Source of the DNA: Myxococcota bacterium
GTDB taxonomy: Bacteria > Myxococcota_A > UBA9042 > PHBI01 > JAWLBL01
Reading direction: 5' to 3'
Assembly (NCBI GenBank): GCA_041687695.1
Contig: JAWLBL010000034.1
Span: 1-60,379, forward strand
Length of the DNA stretch: 60,379 nucleotides
The first letter of the stretch is position 1. Each line of letters begins with the position of its first letter. This document shows, one piece after another, positions 29,401 to 40,183 of the stretch. The notes below the pieces were generated by a model that was not told the DNA's origin, searched no databases, and was given only the letters and a program-made list of their open reading frames with translations. Both the position numbers and the translations under genes were made by a program.

Positions 29401-31443
29401 CCGGGCGAGCTGCTGCTCTTCGTGCGCAAGTCGAGCCTCGGAATCAACGGCGGCCTGACGCCGGACTACGTCTTCGGGGACGAGGGCGACCCGCTGACCC
29501 TGGGCAACGGGTCGGACGAGCTGATCATCGAGTGCGGCGGCCAGGTCATCGACCAGGTGGCCTGGACGATCTCGTTTCTGACCAACGCCGGAAAGCGGCC
29601 GGCCATCGGCGGCTCGGGCTTCGCCATGAGCCTGGACCCGACGGCCTACGACGCGACCGCCAACGACGCCGGCGTCAGCTGGTGCAACGCGGTCGACAGC
29701 TACCACCCGTCGAACACCGGCACGCCCGGGACCCCGAACCCGTCGTGCTTCGGCGAGCCGGAGCCCGACCCCTGCGACCCGAACCCGTGCGACGCCCCGC
29801 CCGAGGACACCTGCGACGTCGACGGCGTGACGCTGGTGACCTACTCGAGCAAGGGGACGTGCGAGGCCGACGGGGGCTCGTTCGGCTGCACCTACGCCAA
29901 GACCTCGGTGGACTGCGCGGCGGACGGCAAGATCTGCGAGAGCGGCTCGTGCGTGGCGCCGCCGGTGGACCCGTGCGAGCCCAACCCCTGCCCGGCGCCG
30001 CCCGAGGCCACCTGCGACGCGGACGGCGTGACCCTGTGGGTGTACGGCCCGGCGGCGTGCACCGACGTCGACGGCGAGGCCAGCTGCGCCTACGGCCCCA
30101 CCGAGGTGGACTGCGCGGGGCTGGGCGAGGTCTGCCAAGACGGGGCCTGCGTCGCCCCGCCGGTGGACCCGTGCGACCCCAACCCCTGCACCGAGCCGCC
30201 GGCCGCCGCCTGCGAGCCCGACGGGGTGACCCTGACGACCTACGCCGCGGTGGGGGCCTGCGCCGCCGACGGCGAGACGGCCAGCTGCGACTATGGCCCG
30301 GCCCAGGTCGACTGCGGCGCCACCGACCAGATCTGCCAGGACGGAGCCTGCGTGGCGCCGACGGTGGACCCGTGCGAGCCCAACCCCTGTGACGCGCCGC
30401 CTGCAGACGTGTGCGACTCGGACGGGATCATCCTGTGGACCTACCCCGCGCTGGGCGAGTGCACGGCCGACGGCGAGGCCGCGTCCTGCGCCTACCCGCC
30501 CGCGCAGACCAACTGCGCCATGCTGGACGCGGTCTGCCTGGACGACGCGTGCCAGACCACCGCGGCGCCCGCGGCGGGCGACATGGCGTTCACCGAGGTG
30601 TGGCCGGGCGGCGGCGAGCCGACCGACGCCGCGTGGGTCGAGCTGTTCGTCGCGGCCGAGGCGCCGCTCGACCTCGACGGGTGCGTGCTGGACCTGGGTG
30701 ACGGCGCCGGCCACACGCTGGCCGGGCTGGTCGCCCTGCCCGAGACCTGGGTCGTGTTCGGCAACGCCGCGGCCGCCGCCGACGTCGACGTGCCGGTCGA
30801 CTACGAGATCGCGGACCTGGCCATCGGCGGCGGGGCCCTGAGCCTCACCTGCGGCGGCGTCACGGTCGACGCGCTGGCGACCGACCTGGTCGCGTCCGAG
30901 AGCGGCTCCGGCTGGTCCGCCCAGGTCGATCCGTTGGCCGCGTCCGCGGACGCCAACGACGTCGCCTACGCCTGGTGCCCCTCGGCGGCCCCGCTCGGCG
31001 CGGGCGAGCTGTCGGGGACGCCCGGCGCCCCCAACTCCCTGTGCGACGACCAGGTCGACTGGTGCGGGCTGCAGTGGCCGCACGAGGTCGAGACCGCCCC
31101 AGACGCGCCGTTCACGGTCTACCTGCAGGTCTGGGAGCCCGGCCTGACGACCCTGTCCGCCGGCCCCGACGCCCACCCGACGGTGTACGGCGAGGTGGGC
31201 TGGGCCCCCGAGGGCAGCGACCCGACCGCCGACGCGGCCGCCTACAGCTGGTCACCCCTGAGCCTCAACGGGGGCTTCAGCGACCCCAGCAACGACGAGT
31301 ACATGGCCGACGTCGCGGTGCCGGCGGCCGGCGAGTACGTCTTCGTCGGCCGCTTCACGCGCGACGGCGGCGAGACCTGGCGGACCTGCTGGGTCGTCGG
31401 CCAGGACGGCGTGCAGGGCGCGGCGACCATCACGGCGCCCTGA
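26500..31443 (+). CDS. Large surface lipoprotein with four lamin-tail domains, three Ig/carbohydrate-binding-like domains and Cys-rich DPCxPNPC repeats
   Basis: Lipobox SISAC. LTD signatures (LVFTELM..GEWVEL.N..LDLSGC...GSPGAAN) occur four times. GQVYQPG..G.GP.G.DP..W..Y..RFS.DGG..W occurs three times. There are six DPCxPNPC-type modules. Confidence 0.88.
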   Translation: MQVWKRRSVVLAVCGALAGSISACGDGAADPKDTSQEIDASDPDTKGDTGGDAGGDTQDDADPDTVTPDVEGDGDAQGDGDGDAQGDGDGDAQGDGDGDATQLPDDGPEVTPDVPDVPDVPDEGPEVTPDVPDVPDVVTGTPPAAGDLVFTELMINPAVVSDLVGEWVELHNTTAEALDLSGCVLHDDGSESFTFGAGEAVIPAGAYWVLAPSGDAAKNDGVTVDVVVPGLKLSNSADAVALTCDGVEIDRVAYDVADGFPVKTGFSSALDPSTPPSATTNDEVASWCSGASAYGAHNHGSPGAANPPCPVDGGLVTACVLAAPIDLKALEGTPVAVLGQVYQPGVTDASPFLDPFPGLVAQAGWGPDGTDPLEDGDAWTWTNADGTQGWVDSAAPAGYDQYQVTLAAPQPGTWAFAFRFSRDGGDSWVLCDTSGSDDGYQLVDAGRLTSVADPCAPNPCTDAPAPLCVNGTTLRTYPATGVCKVGADFAASCSYPHQDVPCDLTLGTCQLGACVGGAVPPGPGEVVFNEIMMSPLGVANLNGQWLELASTAEAPVDLTGCVLADGFGGSVAVGTPAEPVLLVAGGYAVLAGGDEALGGKAPAATWGSELALGQGSTLTLTCGGVEIDAVTLDIDFLSATYGDPPLGKAGIALQLGSGALDAAANDDGTQWCHAKTTFPTGDLGTPGADNRHCPSPEPVDLCRLAPPLEQVAEAGAKVTVVGQLVEAGMTDVSAGNDPGVLVEVGFGPVGSDPSQDADGWTLFAADPIEGWTESEPGLDAWEGSFAAPSPGEYAYAARVSVDEGLTWTWCDAPGEAEGADGSEDGFQPALAGALTSIVPLVCDPNPCTTPPAPGCKGDTQVTYTGPGACSASGGEAVCAWGEILVDCTATGAVCVAGECLTDVGKPGPGDLVITEIMKDPNELDDAHAEWFEVLNVSDLALDLEGCVLKDKGTDKHTIATGSKLIAGPGELLLFVRKSSLGINGGLTPDYVFGDEGDPLTLGNGSDELIIECGGQVIDQVAWTISFLTNAGKRPAIGGSGFAMSLDPTAYDATANDAGVSWCNAVDSYHPSNTGTPGTPNPSCFGEPEPDPCDPNPCDAPPEDTCDVDGVTLVTYSSKGTCEADGGSFGCTYAKTSVDCAADGKICESGSCVAPPVDPCEPNPCPAPPEATCDADGVTLWVYGPAACTDVDGEASCAYGPTEVDCAGLGEVCQDGACVAPPVDPCDPNPCTEPPAAACEPDGVTLTTYAAVGACAADGETASCDYGPAQVDCGATDQICQDGACVAPTVDPCEPNPCDAPPADVCDSDGIILWTYPALGECTADGEAASCAYPPAQTNCAMLDAVCLDDACQTTAAPAAGDMAFTEVWPGGGEPTDAAWVELFVAAEAPLDLDGCVLDLGDGAGHTLAGLVALPETWVVFGNAAAAADVDVPVDYEIADLAIGGGALSLTCGGVTVDALATDLVASESGSGWSAQVDPLAASADANDVAYAWCPSAAPLGAGELSGTPGAPNSLCDDQVDWCGLQWPHEVETAPDAPFTVYLQVWEPGLTTLSAGPDAHPTVYGEVGWAPEGSDPTADAAAYSWSPLSLNGGFSDPSNDEYMADVAVPAAGEYVFVGRFTRDGGETWRTCWVVGQDGVQGAATITAP
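26713..26910 (+). repeat. Coding tandem repeats: 24-bp GDGDGDAQ x~3.5 and 51-bp PD(D/E)[14 protein letters not shown] x2
   Basis: Directly visible repeated sequence encoding the acidic linker of the LTD lipoprotein. Confidence 0.85.
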
Positions 31444-31510
31444 CGCGGGGAGCGGCGGCGGTCCCGGCTCGGTGAAGGGCCGGGCCGCGCCGCGCCGCCA
31501 CCGGGTCGGC

Positions 31511-31834
31511 TCAGGTCGACAGCTCGCGCAGCAGGCGCAGCGTCTCGCACTCTTCGGGATCGAGGCGCCCGTCGGCCTCGATGACCGCGCGCAGGGCCTC
31601 GAAGAAGGTCTCGCGGTGCTTGGCGGGGATCTCGAAGGGGTCGAACTCGGGCGGCGCGTGGTCTAGCCAGGCGCGGGCCTGGCGGACGCCTTCGTCGCCC
31701 AGGGCCAGGTCACCGGCCAGCTCCATCACGACGGCGCGCTCCTCGTCGGCGACGTCCAGATCGGACCAGGCGGCGACGCAGGCCATCTGCAGCAGGCGGC
31801 GACGCACGTCGGGGCTCATGTGCTCGAGGTTCAT
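31511..31834 (-). CDS. TerB-family protein
   Basis: AAWSDLDVADEERAVV and VIEADGRLDPEECETL form the two-repeat TerB signature. Confidence 0.8.
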   Translation of the reverse strand: MNLEHMSPDVRRRLLQMACVAAWSDLDVADEERAVVMELAGDLALGDEGVRQARAWLDHAPPEFDPFEIPAKHRETFFEALRAVIEADGRLDPEECETLRLLRELST

Positions 31835-31937
31835 CAGCGGTTCCTTGGAAGGGGGGAAGCGGCGCCGGAAGGTAACAGCGCCGCCGCCGGACCGCCAGCG
31901 AACGTCTCGGAGCAGCCCCGACGCCCCTCAGGGCCCC

Positions 31938-34900
31938 TCAGCGCTCCGACTCGACCAGCCGGGCGTAGCCGTCCATGTCCAGCGGGCTGTAGCGCTCCGC
32001 CGCCTCGTCGAGCCAGTACAGCGCGTCTCCGGTGCGTCCCGGGTCCGCCCCCTCGGCCTGCAGGTGGTGCTTGACCACCTTGAGGCTGTCGGTGGTCTCG
32101 AGGGCCTCGACCACGCGCACGAAGCGCGGGCGGGCCGCCGGGAAGAGATCGCGCTGCACGGCCCGGAAGACGGCCTCGCCGTCGAAGGACGCGCCCGGCG
32201 TCAGCTGCACGGCGGCCATGCCGGCGCGCCCCTCGCGGCCCGGCAGCGCGACGCCGTAGACCGCCGCCAGGGCGATGCCCGGCGCGTGCATCAGCACCTC
32301 GGCCACCTCGTCGGTCGAGACGTTCTCGCCCTTCCAGCGGAAGGTGTCGCCGATGCGGTCGACGAACCAGTAGTCGCCGTCGGCGTCCTGGCGCAGCAGA
32401 TCGCCCGTGGCGAACCAGGCGTCGCCGGGAGCGAACACGTCCCGCAGCACCTTGGCGTCGGTCGCCCGCTCGTCGGTGTACCCGTCGAAGCGAGCCAGCG
32501 GGTGGACGTCGGAGATCCGGGCGATGAGCGCCCCTGGCTGGCCTGTCGCGACCGGCGTCAGGCGCCCGTCGCCGTCGCGGACGTAGCGCTCCTCGGCCAC
32601 GTCGTAGCGGACCAGCGCCAGCTCGGTGGCGCCCAGCACGGCGCGGCCGACCGAGCCGACCTTGTCGCCGGTCAGGTTGGCGAGCGCGACGTTGCCCTCG
32701 GTGGAGCCATAGAACTCGAGCACGCGCACGGGGCCGAAGCGCTCGAGCAGGCGCTGCCAGACCTGCGGACGCATGCCGTTGCCGACGAACAGGCGCGCCG
32801 GGTGGACGTGCTCGTTGGGCGCGACCGGCGAGGCGACCAGGTAGCGGCACAGCTCGCCGACGTAGAAGACGACCGTGGCGCCGTAGCGGCGGACGTCGTT
32901 CCAGAAGGTCGACTGTGAAAAGCGGGGGGCCAGGGCGAGGCGGGCGCCGCCGACCAGGGCGCCGCCGACGGCGACCAGGATACCGGTCGCGTGGTGCAGC
33001 GGCAGGCAGCAGTAGACGGTGTCGCGCGGGGTCAGGCCGCAGGCGGCGGCCGAGCCCAGGGCGGCCAGGGCCCAGCGGCGGTTGGTGATGCGCGCGGCCT
33101 TGGGCAGGCCGGTCGTGCCCGACGTGAACAGGAGCAGGGCCAGGTCGCGGGCGCGCCCCGGGTTGGCCGGCAGGTCCGCGGGCGGGGCGGTGACGGTGGG
33201 GTCGAGCAGGGGGTCGAGGTGGACCACCCCCTCGGGCAGGAGCGCGTGGTCGGTGGCCCCCAGGGCCAGGACGGCCCTGCCGCTGGCGTCGCCGGTGGGC
33301 GCACGCGTGGGCGCGAATGCGTCGGCGGCGACCTCGGCGTGGGCCGGGTCGACCACCAGGACGTCGACCTCGCCGGCCGCGAGGGCGTGGGCGAGCGAGC
33401 GGCCGCGCATGCCGGCGTTGAGCAGCACCGAGACGGCGCCGAGGCGGCTGACGGCGGCGACGACGGTCAGGAAGTCCGGGCCGTTGTCCATCAGGACGCC
33501 GACGTGGTGCCCGCGGCGGACGCCCTGGCCGACGAGGGCGGCCAGCACCTGGTTGACGCGGCGGTCGGCCTCGGCCCAGGTGTAGGCGCGGCCCTGCCAC
33601 AGAAAGAAGGTGGCGTCGGGGATGGCCTCGGCCTGCTCGGCCAGGGCGCGGCCGATGCTGACGCGGCTGCCGTCGTGCAGGCTCTCGAGGCGGGCGAGGC
33701 GCGGCAGCTGGTAGCGCAGCCCGTCGACCAGGCCGGCGACCTCGAGCGAGACGTCGCCCAGGCGGTGCCACAGCCCGTCGACCACGCTGGTCGCCAGGTC
33801 GTAGAGCAGCTGCGTCTTCGGGGCGTCGTCGGGCGGCGCGAGGCCGGGCGGCGGCGCGGGCAGCGGCGCGGCGGGCCCGCCGGCGCGTCCCAGCAGGGCC
33901 GGCGGGTCGCCCTGCCCCGCCTTCCAGGCGATCCAGTCGGCGACGCAGGGCCAGACCTCGGTCATCGCCTTGGAGCCGACCACCAACCCGAAGTGCCCGG
34001 CGTCGATGGCGACGTCGTGCACCTCGGCCGCGGGGGCGGCCTTGCGGATGGCGCGCACCGACGCGGGGCGCGCGAGGTCGTCGCGCTCGCCGACGAAGGC
34101 CAGCACCGGGCAGGTGATGTCGGCCAGGCTGACGGTGCGCCCGGCGACCACGAAGCCGCCCGACGCCATGCGGTTTTCGACCACCATCGCGTCGACGAAC
34201 TGGCGGAAGGCCGGGCCCGGCCAGGCGACGAAGCCCTCGCCGCCCAGAAAGCGCCGCTTGGGCTCGCGGCGCTCGAGCGCCTCGCGATCGGGGAGCAGCC
34301 CCAGAAGGCCCACCAGCTGCTTGACCTCCTGGCGCGGGCTCAGCAGCTTGAAGCCGGCGGCGGTCAGGACGCCCGGCAGCCCCTCGAGCTCGTCGAGCGG
34401 GCCGGAGACGGCCTTGCGGGCCACGCGGATGAGGCGCTCGGCCAGCGAGTCGTGCACCTTGACGGGCAGGTTGCGGTGGATGTCGACCGGCGCGCCGAAG
34501 GTGACGACCGACGCGATGTCGCGGGCGCGGCGATAGGCGGCGGCCTGGTAGACGAACATGCCGCCCTGCGAGTAGCCGGCCAGGTGGACCGGGTGGCCGG
34601 TCGCGGCGGCGACCTCGGCGATGGCGGCGTCGACGGCCAGGACGTGGTCGTCGAGCGTGCGGGCGAGCCCCCCTTCGGCGGCCTCGGGGGCGCCGAAGTC
34701 GACCAGCCACACGTCGAGGCCCAGCGCGGTCATGGTGGTCACGGCGCTCAGCTCGGGCGAGATGTCGTAGATCTCGCTGGTCACCATGAGCGGCGGCACC
34801 AGCACCAGCGGCTGCGCGACCGCGCCGAGCGGCCCGTCGGGGTCGCGGTGGTAGCGGCGCAGGCCGTGGTGGCGTCCCTGGGTCACCCGGTCGAAGGGCG

Positions 34901-35003
34901 CACGGTAGGGGGCCCCCAGGCGCCCCTCGCGCAGCAGCTCGATGGCGTTGCTGGCCGCGTTGCGGGCGCCGCGCTGCAGGCGCCGGAGCGTCTTGGACTT
35001 CAT
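31938..35003 (-). CDS. Fusion of a PhaC-like alpha/beta hydrolase and a FATP/FadD6-type long-chain acyl-CoA synthetase (Rv1683-like)
   Basis: N-terminal PLVLVPPLM, GYSQGG, GERDDL and AGHFG. C-terminal FTSGTTGLPK, YGSTEG, TGDL and DRIGDTFRWKGENV. ATG 35003 overlaps the upstream stop (ATGA). Confidence 0.9.
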   Translation of the reverse strand: MKSKTLRRLQRGARNAASNAIELLREGRLGAPYRAPFDRVTQGRHHGLRRYHRDPDGPLGAVAQPLVLVPPLMVTSEIYDISPELSAVTTMTALGLDVWLVDFGAPEAAEGGLARTLDDHVLAVDAAIAEVAAATGHPVHLAGYSQGGMFVYQAAAYRRARDIASVVTFGAPVDIHRNLPVKVHDSLAERLIRVARKAVSGPLDELEGLPGVLTAAGFKLLSPRQEVKQLVGLLGLLPDREALERREPKRRFLGGEGFVAWPGPAFRQFVDAMVVENRMASGGFVVAGRTVSLADITCPVLAFVGERDDLARPASVRAIRKAAPAAEVHDVAIDAGHFGLVVGSKAMTEVWPCVADWIAWKAGQGDPPALLGRAGGPAAPLPAPPPGLAPPDDAPKTQLLYDLATSVVDGLWHRLGDVSLEVAGLVDGLRYQLPRLARLESLHDGSRVSIGRALAEQAEAIPDATFFLWQGRAYTWAEADRRVNQVLAALVGQGVRRGHHVGVLMDNGPDFLTVVAAVSRLGAVSVLLNAGMRGRSLAHALAAGEVDVLVVDPAHAEVAADAFAPTRAPTGDASGRAVLALGATDHALLPEGVVHLDPLLDPTVTAPPADLPANPGRARDLALLLFTSGTTGLPKAARITNRRWALAALGSAAACGLTPRDTVYCCLPLHHATGILVAVGGALVGGARLALAPRFSQSTFWNDVRRYGATVVFYVGELCRYLVASPVAPNEHVHPARLFVGNGMRPQVWQRLLERFGPVRVLEFYGSTEGNVALANLTGDKVGSVGRAVLGATELALVRYDVAEERYVRDGDGRLTPVATGQPGALIARISDVHPLARFDGYTDERATDAKVLRDVFAPGDAWFATGDLLRQDADGDYWFVDRIGDTFRWKGENVSTDEVAEVLMHAPGIALAAVYGVALPGREGRAGMAAVQLTPGASFDGEAVFRAVQRDLFPAARPRFVRVVEALETTDSLKVVKHHLQAEGADPGRTGDALYWLDEAAERYSPLDMDGYARLVESER

Positions 35004-36127
35004 CGGAACCCCTCCAGCGCGCGCTCGCGCTCGGCCTGCGACAGCCACGGCGGCCCCAGCAGGCACTCTTGATCCAGGTAGGCGCGGTCGTCCCCCGGCG
35101 CCTGCAGCCACCAGCCGACCTCGTCGCGGTGGACCACCCAACCGGCCGGCAGCCCCAGGTATTGCACGATCTCGGGGAAGCGCCCCGCCAGGTGGTCGAC
35201 CGCCGCGAACCGGACCGTCTCGTCGTCGTGGACGTGGTCGGGGTCGGCGCAGCCGAACTGCCAGCCGCTGTCGGTCTCGGCGCGCGGCCGGGCGCGCTGG
35301 GCGAAGACCTCGGCCGCCCCCTCGACCCGCGAGCAGACCAGGGCGACATCGGCGGCGCAGGGCGAGGCGGGCGCGCCGGCGACCCCCAGGCGGGTCAGGG
35401 CGCGGGCCTGGGCGTCGAGCACGCGCAAGCAGCGCGAGACGCCGTAGACCCACTGGTACTCCTGGTCGGGGTCCATGAGCTCGGCCTCGACCAGGACGTT
35501 GGGCGCCGGCGTGGCCATGCGCGCGTCGAAGGCCTGGCGCAAAAAGCCCGTGCCCAGCGCGTCGCGCAGCTGCCGCCAGGTGGCGTCGTCGTGCAGCGTG
35601 CTCGAGCCCAGGGTCAGCATCCAGTAGCCGTAGGGCAGCAGCTCGCCGGGCGGCGGCGGGCCGTCGGCGGCCAGCTGGTGGGCGGCCAGCTGCCCGAACA
35701 GGGTCGTCAGGCGCTCGAAGGGGACGTCGGGGGCGACCTCGGTGACGATGTCGGGGCGCCCCAGCTGGTACAGGCCCATCAGCCGGGCCACGACGCGGTC
35801 GCCGAGGTGGCCGTGGCGCACGGCGAAGGCGTTGCCGGCGTCTGGCGGCGGGGTCAGGCGCGCGACGGCGGCGCCGGCCGGCTCGGCGTGGCCCACCAGA
35901 AGGTCCTCGACCCTGGTGTCGGCGGGCAGGCGCGCCAGCAGGGCGGCCATCGCGCGGCGGCCGTGGGCCAGGTCACCCTCGGGCCACACCGCGGTCAGGC
36001 GCGTGCGCGGCGCGCCCTCACCGTCGAGGCGCTCGGCGACGAACGGCTCGGGCAAGCCGCCAGCCGCGGCGTCCGCCAGGGCGTCAGGCAATTCGGGGAG
36101 GTCGAGGGCGAACGACAGCTGAATCAT
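35000..36127 (-). CDS. Hypothetical protein with C-terminal Imm33/DUF2185-like domain
   Basis: C-terminal DSGWQFGC...RFPEIVQYLGLPAGW motif. Confidence 0.65.
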   Translation of the reverse strand: MIQLSFALDLPELPDALADAAAGGLPEPFVAERLDGEGAPRTRLTAVWPEGDLAHGRRAMAALLARLPADTRVEDLLVGHAEPAGAAVARLTPPPDAGNAFAVRHGHLGDRVVARLMGLYQLGRPDIVTEVAPDVPFERLTTLFGQLAAHQLAADGPPPPGELLPYGYWMLTLGSSTLHDDATWRQLRDALGTGFLRQAFDARMATPAPNVLVEAELMDPDQEYQWVYGVSRCLRVLDAQARALTRLGVAGAPASPCAADVALVCSRVEGAAEVFAQRARPRAETDSGWQFGCADPDHVHDDETVRFAAVDHLAGRFPEIVQYLGLPAGWVVHRDEVGWWLQAPGDDRAYLDQECLLGPPWLSQAERERALEGFR

Positions 36128-36275
36128 GGCGGCCAAGGATACGCACGAGTCGCGGGGTTGTCAGTGACCGCGTCGTCGGGACAGGCGTTCGTCCTCGACG
36201 GCCGCCGGGGCCGGGCTTACCATCGCCGTCCCCGAGAGGCCATCGGCGCCCCTCTCCACGCCGCAGGAACCGATC

Positions 36276-37085
36276 ATGAGCGCGACCACGCCCCCGCAGA
36301 CGACCCTCCGCTCCGAGCGCCAGGGCGCCATCGCCCGCCTCGTCATCGACGACCCCGCCTCGCGCAACGGCCTGACGGCCGAGAGCTGCCGCGCCCTGGC
36401 GGCCGCCCTGCACGAGGCCGTCGCCGACCCCGAGGTGCGCGCCATCGTGCTGACCGGCGCCGGCGGCCACTTCTGCTCGGGCGCCAACCTGCGCGCGGCC
36501 GCCTCGCTGATGGGCGCGTCCGCCGACGAGCTGCACGCCCACGTGCGCCACGGCTTCCACGCCATCGTCGAGGCGCTGCAGACCTCGCCCAAGCCGACCC
36601 TGGCCGTCATCCGCGGCGCCTGCGTCGGCTTCGGCTTCGACATGGCGCTGTCCTGCGACCTCCGCCTGAGCGCCGACGACGCCAAGTTCGGCCAGGTCTT
36701 CACGCGCCTCGGATTGGTGCCCGACGGCGGCTCCAGCTACACGCTGCCGCGCCTGGTGGGCCTCGGCCGCGCCATGGAGCTGATGCTGCTGGCCGACACC
36801 TTCGACGGGCGGCAGGCGGCCGAGTGGCAGCTGGTCAACCGCGCCGTCCCCGACGCCGACCTCGACGCCGTCGCGGGCGACTGGGCCTCGCGCCTGGCCG
36901 CCGGACCGCCGCTGGCGTTCGCACGCGCCAAGCGCAACCTGCTGGCGGGCGCCGCGGGTGGCACGCTGGCCGAGGCCCTGGACCGCGAGGCCGCCGCGCA
37001 GACCGAGTGCCTGCAGAGCGAGGACTTGATGCGGGGCGTGCGCGCGTTCTTCGCCAAAGGCAAACCCGAGTTCGTCGGGCGCTGA
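36276..37085 (+). CDS. Enoyl-CoA hydratase/isomerase (PaaG-like)
   Basis: LTGAGGHFCSGANL, GACVGFG...CDLR, FTRLGLVPDGG, RAMELML. Confidence 0.93.
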   Translation: MSATTPPQTTLRSERQGAIARLVIDDPASRNGLTAESCRALAAALHEAVADPEVRAIVLTGAGGHFCSGANLRAAASLMGASADELHAHVRHGFHAIVEALQTSPKPTLAVIRGACVGFGFDMALSCDLRLSADDAKFGQVFTRLGLVPDGGSSYTLPRLVGLGRAMELMLLADTFDGRQAAEWQLVNRAVPDADLDAVAGDWASRLAAGPPLAFARAKRNLLAGAAGGTLAEALDREAAAQTECLQSEDLMRGVRAFFAKGKPEFVGR

Positions 37086-37110
37086 CACCCACTCCCGAGG
37101 AGGCCACCGG

Positions 37111-40100
37111 TTGACCATCCCCCGCCTCGCCCAAGCGCACGGGCTCGAAGCGACCTACCTGAGCTTCCTCGAGGCCCTGCCGGCCGCCGGCTTCCGCGGC
37201 GACGTCCAGACCGACTACGCCACGCGCCTGAGCGCCGCGACCGACAACAGCATCTACCAGGTGCTGCCGCAGGCGGTCGTGTTCCCCCGGTCGGCCCAGG
37301 ACGTCGAGGTCGCGCTGAGGCTGCTGAGCGAGGAGCGCTTCCGGGCGGTGCGCCTGAGCCCGCGCGGCGGCGGCACGGGCACCAACGGGCAGTCGCTGAC
37401 CGACGGCGTCGTGCTGGACGTGTCGCGCCACATGCGGCGCGTGCTCGAGGTGAACCTGCGCGAGGGCTGGGCGCGCGTCGAGCCGGGCGTGGTGCTCGAC
37501 CAGCTGAACGAGGCGGTCGCGCCCTACGGCGTGTTCTTCGCGCCGAACCTGTCGCCGTCGAACCGCGCGACCCTCGGCGGCATGATCAACACCGACGCGT
37601 GCGGCGAGGGGTCGCGCGTGTACGGGCGCACCTCGGACCACCTGCTGGCGCTGGACACCGTGCTGCTGGGCGGTCAGCGCTGGACGTCGACGCCGCTGGA
37701 CCGGGCGGGCCTCGAGGCGGCGATGGCGCGCGACGACCGCGCCGGGCAAGCGCACCGCACGCTGCACGCCATCACGACCGAACACCAGGCGCTGATTGCC
37801 CAGCAGTTCCCCAAGCTGCAGCGCTTCATGACCGGCTACAACCTGGCCCTGGTGGCCGACCCCGACGCGGGCCGCTTCGACCTCAACTACCTGCTGGCCG
37901 GCTCCGAGGGCACGCTGGGCGTGGTCGTCGAGGCCAAGGTCCGCCTGACGAAGCTGCCCGCCCACAAGCAGCTGGTCGTCCTCAAGTACACGTCCTTCGA
38001 CGACGCCCTGGGCTCGGCGCGCCTCGTCGCCGAGAGCGACCCCAGCGCCATCGAGACCGTCGACGAGAAGATCCTGCGCCTCGCGCGCGAGGACATCCTG
38101 TGGCACCGCGTCGCGCCGATGGTCACCGACGCGCCGGACGCCCCGACCCGCGCCATCAACCTGGTCCAGTTCACCGGCGACGACGCGGCCGCCGTCCGGG
38201 CCAAGGTCGACGCCCTGACGGCGGCGGTCGACGCCCACCGCGGCGGCCCGCGCCGGCCGACCGGCTACTACGTCGCGCAGAACGCCGGCGAGATCGCCGT
38301 CCTGTGGGAGCTGCGCAAGAAGGGCGTGGGCCTGCTGGGCAACGCGCCCGGCCCGCGCAAGCCGGTGCCCTTCGTCGAGGACACGGTCGTCCCGCCCGAG
38401 CGCCTGGCCGACTACATCGCCGAGTTCCGCGCCATCCTGGACGAGGCCGGCCTCGAGTACGGCATGTTCGGCCACGTCGACGTGGGCTGCCTGCACGTCC
38501 GCCCGGCGCTCGACCTCAAGCAGCACGAGGACGAGCGGCTCCTGCAGACCATCAGCGACCAGGTCGCCACGCTGGTCCGCAAGTACGGCGGCGTCATGTG
38601 GGGCGAGCACGGCCGCGGCTACCGCGCCCAGTACGGCCCCGACTTCTTCGGGCCGGTGCTCTACGAGCAGCTGCGCCGCGTCAAGGCGGCCTTCGACCCG
38701 TTCAACCAGCTCAACCCGGGCAAGATCGCGACGGCCCAGGGCACCGACCTCGCCGTCGTCCCCGTCGACGGCCCGCGCCGCGGCCAGCAGGACCGCCAGG
38801 TGCCGGCCCCGGTCCGCCAGAAGTTCGCCGTCGCCATCGACTGCAACGGCAACGGCGCCTGCTTCGACTACAGCACCGCCCGCGTGATGTGCCCCTCCTA
38901 CAAGGAGACCGTCGACCGCATCCACTCGCCCAAGGGCCGCGCCACCGTGATGCGCGAGTGGCTGCGCCAGCTGGCCGTGGCCGGCTTCGACCCGCTGGCC
39001 CAGCGCCGGGCCCGCCTCGGCGACGTCTTCCGCAAGTGGGGCGCCGCCCTCGCCCGCCGCTTCGGCGCCTACGACTACTCGCACGAGGTCTACGCCGCCA
39101 TGGACGGCTGCCTCGCCTGCAAGGCCTGCGCGACCCAGTGCCCCGTCAAGGTCGACGTCCCCGACTTCCGCGCCGAGTTCTACGACCTCTACCACCGCCG
39201 CTACCCGCGCCCCCTGCGCGACCACTTCGTCGCCGGGCTCGAGCGCGTCCTCGCCCCCATGTCGCGCGCCCCGAGCCTGTTCAACCTGTTCTTCGACAGC
39301 CGCGCCTTCCGCTGGCTGCTGGCGAAGACGGTCGGCATCGTCGACGCCCCGCGCCTGTCCGCCCCGACCCTGTCGGCCCGCCTGCACGCCCGAGGCCTGC
39401 CCCCCTTCGACCCGGCCGCCATCCGCGCGGCCGACGAGGTCACCCGCGCCCGCTCGGTCGTCCTGCTGCAGGACGCCTTCACGACCTACTACGAAGCGCC
39501 CGTGGTCGAGGCCGTCCACGATCTGCTGACCGCCCTCGGCTACCAGGTCCACGTCGCGCCCATGTTCGAGAACGGCAAGGCGCTGCACGTCAAAGGCTTC
39601 ATGAGCCGCTTCCGCGGCCTGGTCCGCCGCAACGCCCAGCGCCTGCGCGACCTGTCCGCCCTCGGCCTACCGCTGGTCGGCGTCGACCCTGCGGTCGTCC
39701 TGACCTACCGCGCCGAGTACCCCAAGGCCCTGGGCGAGGCCCCCGACTTCCGCGTCCACCTCCTGCAGGAGTGGCTCGCCGCCGAGCTCGACAAGGGCGC
39801 CACCCCGCGTCCGCCGGCCGTCCCTGCGCCCCCCGCCGTGCCCTTTCAGCTCTTCGGCCACTGCACCGAGAAGGCCCTCGCCCCCAAGAGCCAGGATCAG
39901 TGGCGCCAGGTCTTCGCCGCCTTCGGCCTCGACCTCCAGCACGCCCCGGTCGGCTGCTGCGGCATGAGCGGCGTCTACGGCCACGAGGCCATCCACCAAA
40001 CTGAGTCCCGCGGCCTCTTCGACAAGGCCTGGGCCCCCGTCCTGGCCAAGACCCAGGCCACCCCCATCGCCGACGGCTACTCCTGCCGCAGCCAGACCAA

Positions 40101-40170
40101 GCGCTTCGGCGGCCAAGCCCTCCCCCACCCCGCCCAGGCCCTCCTCGCCGCCCTGCGCCCGCCCGGCTGA
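37111..40170 (+). CDS. ydiJ: FAD-linked oxidase / Fe-S protein (D-2-hydroxyglutarate dehydrogenase YdiJ-like)
   Basis: PRGGGTGTNGQSL, GSEGTL, GEHG, CNGNGAC, CLACKACATQCP, CCGMSG, GYSCRSQ. Confidence 0.92.
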   Translation: MTIPRLAQAHGLEATYLSFLEALPAAGFRGDVQTDYATRLSAATDNSIYQVLPQAVVFPRSAQDVEVALRLLSEERFRAVRLSPRGGGTGTNGQSLTDGVVLDVSRHMRRVLEVNLREGWARVEPGVVLDQLNEAVAPYGVFFAPNLSPSNRATLGGMINTDACGEGSRVYGRTSDHLLALDTVLLGGQRWTSTPLDRAGLEAAMARDDRAGQAHRTLHAITTEHQALIAQQFPKLQRFMTGYNLALVADPDAGRFDLNYLLAGSEGTLGVVVEAKVRLTKLPAHKQLVVLKYTSFDDALGSARLVAESDPSAIETVDEKILRLAREDILWHRVAPMVTDAPDAPTRAINLVQFTGDDAAAVRAKVDALTAAVDAHRGGPRRPTGYYVAQNAGEIAVLWELRKKGVGLLGNAPGPRKPVPFVEDTVVPPERLADYIAEFRAILDEAGLEYGMFGHVDVGCLHVRPALDLKQHEDERLLQTISDQVATLVRKYGGVMWGEHGRGYRAQYGPDFFGPVLYEQLRRVKAAFDPFNQLNPGKIATAQGTDLAVVPVDGPRRGQQDRQVPAPVRQKFAVAIDCNGNGACFDYSTARVMCPSYKETVDRIHSPKGRATVMREWLRQLAVAGFDPLAQRRARLGDVFRKWGAALARRFGAYDYSHEVYAAMDGCLACKACATQCPVKVDVPDFRAEFYDLYHRRYPRPLRDHFVAGLERVLAPMSRAPSLFNLFFDSRAFRWLLAKTVGIVDAPRLSAPTLSARLHARGLPPFDPAAIRAADEVTRARSVVLLQDAFTTYYEAPVVEAVHDLLTALGYQVHVAPMFENGKALHVKGFMSRFRGLVRRNAQRLRDLSALGLPLVGVDPAVVLTYRAEYPKALGEAPDFRVHLLQEWLAAELDKGATPRPPAVPAPPAVPFQLFGHCTEKALAPKSQDQWRQVFAAFGLDLQHAPVGCCGMSGVYGHEAIHQTESRGLFDKAWAPVLAKTQATPIADGYSCRSQTKRFGGQALPHPAQALLAALRPPG

Positions 40171-40183
40171 CCCGCTCGCAACG

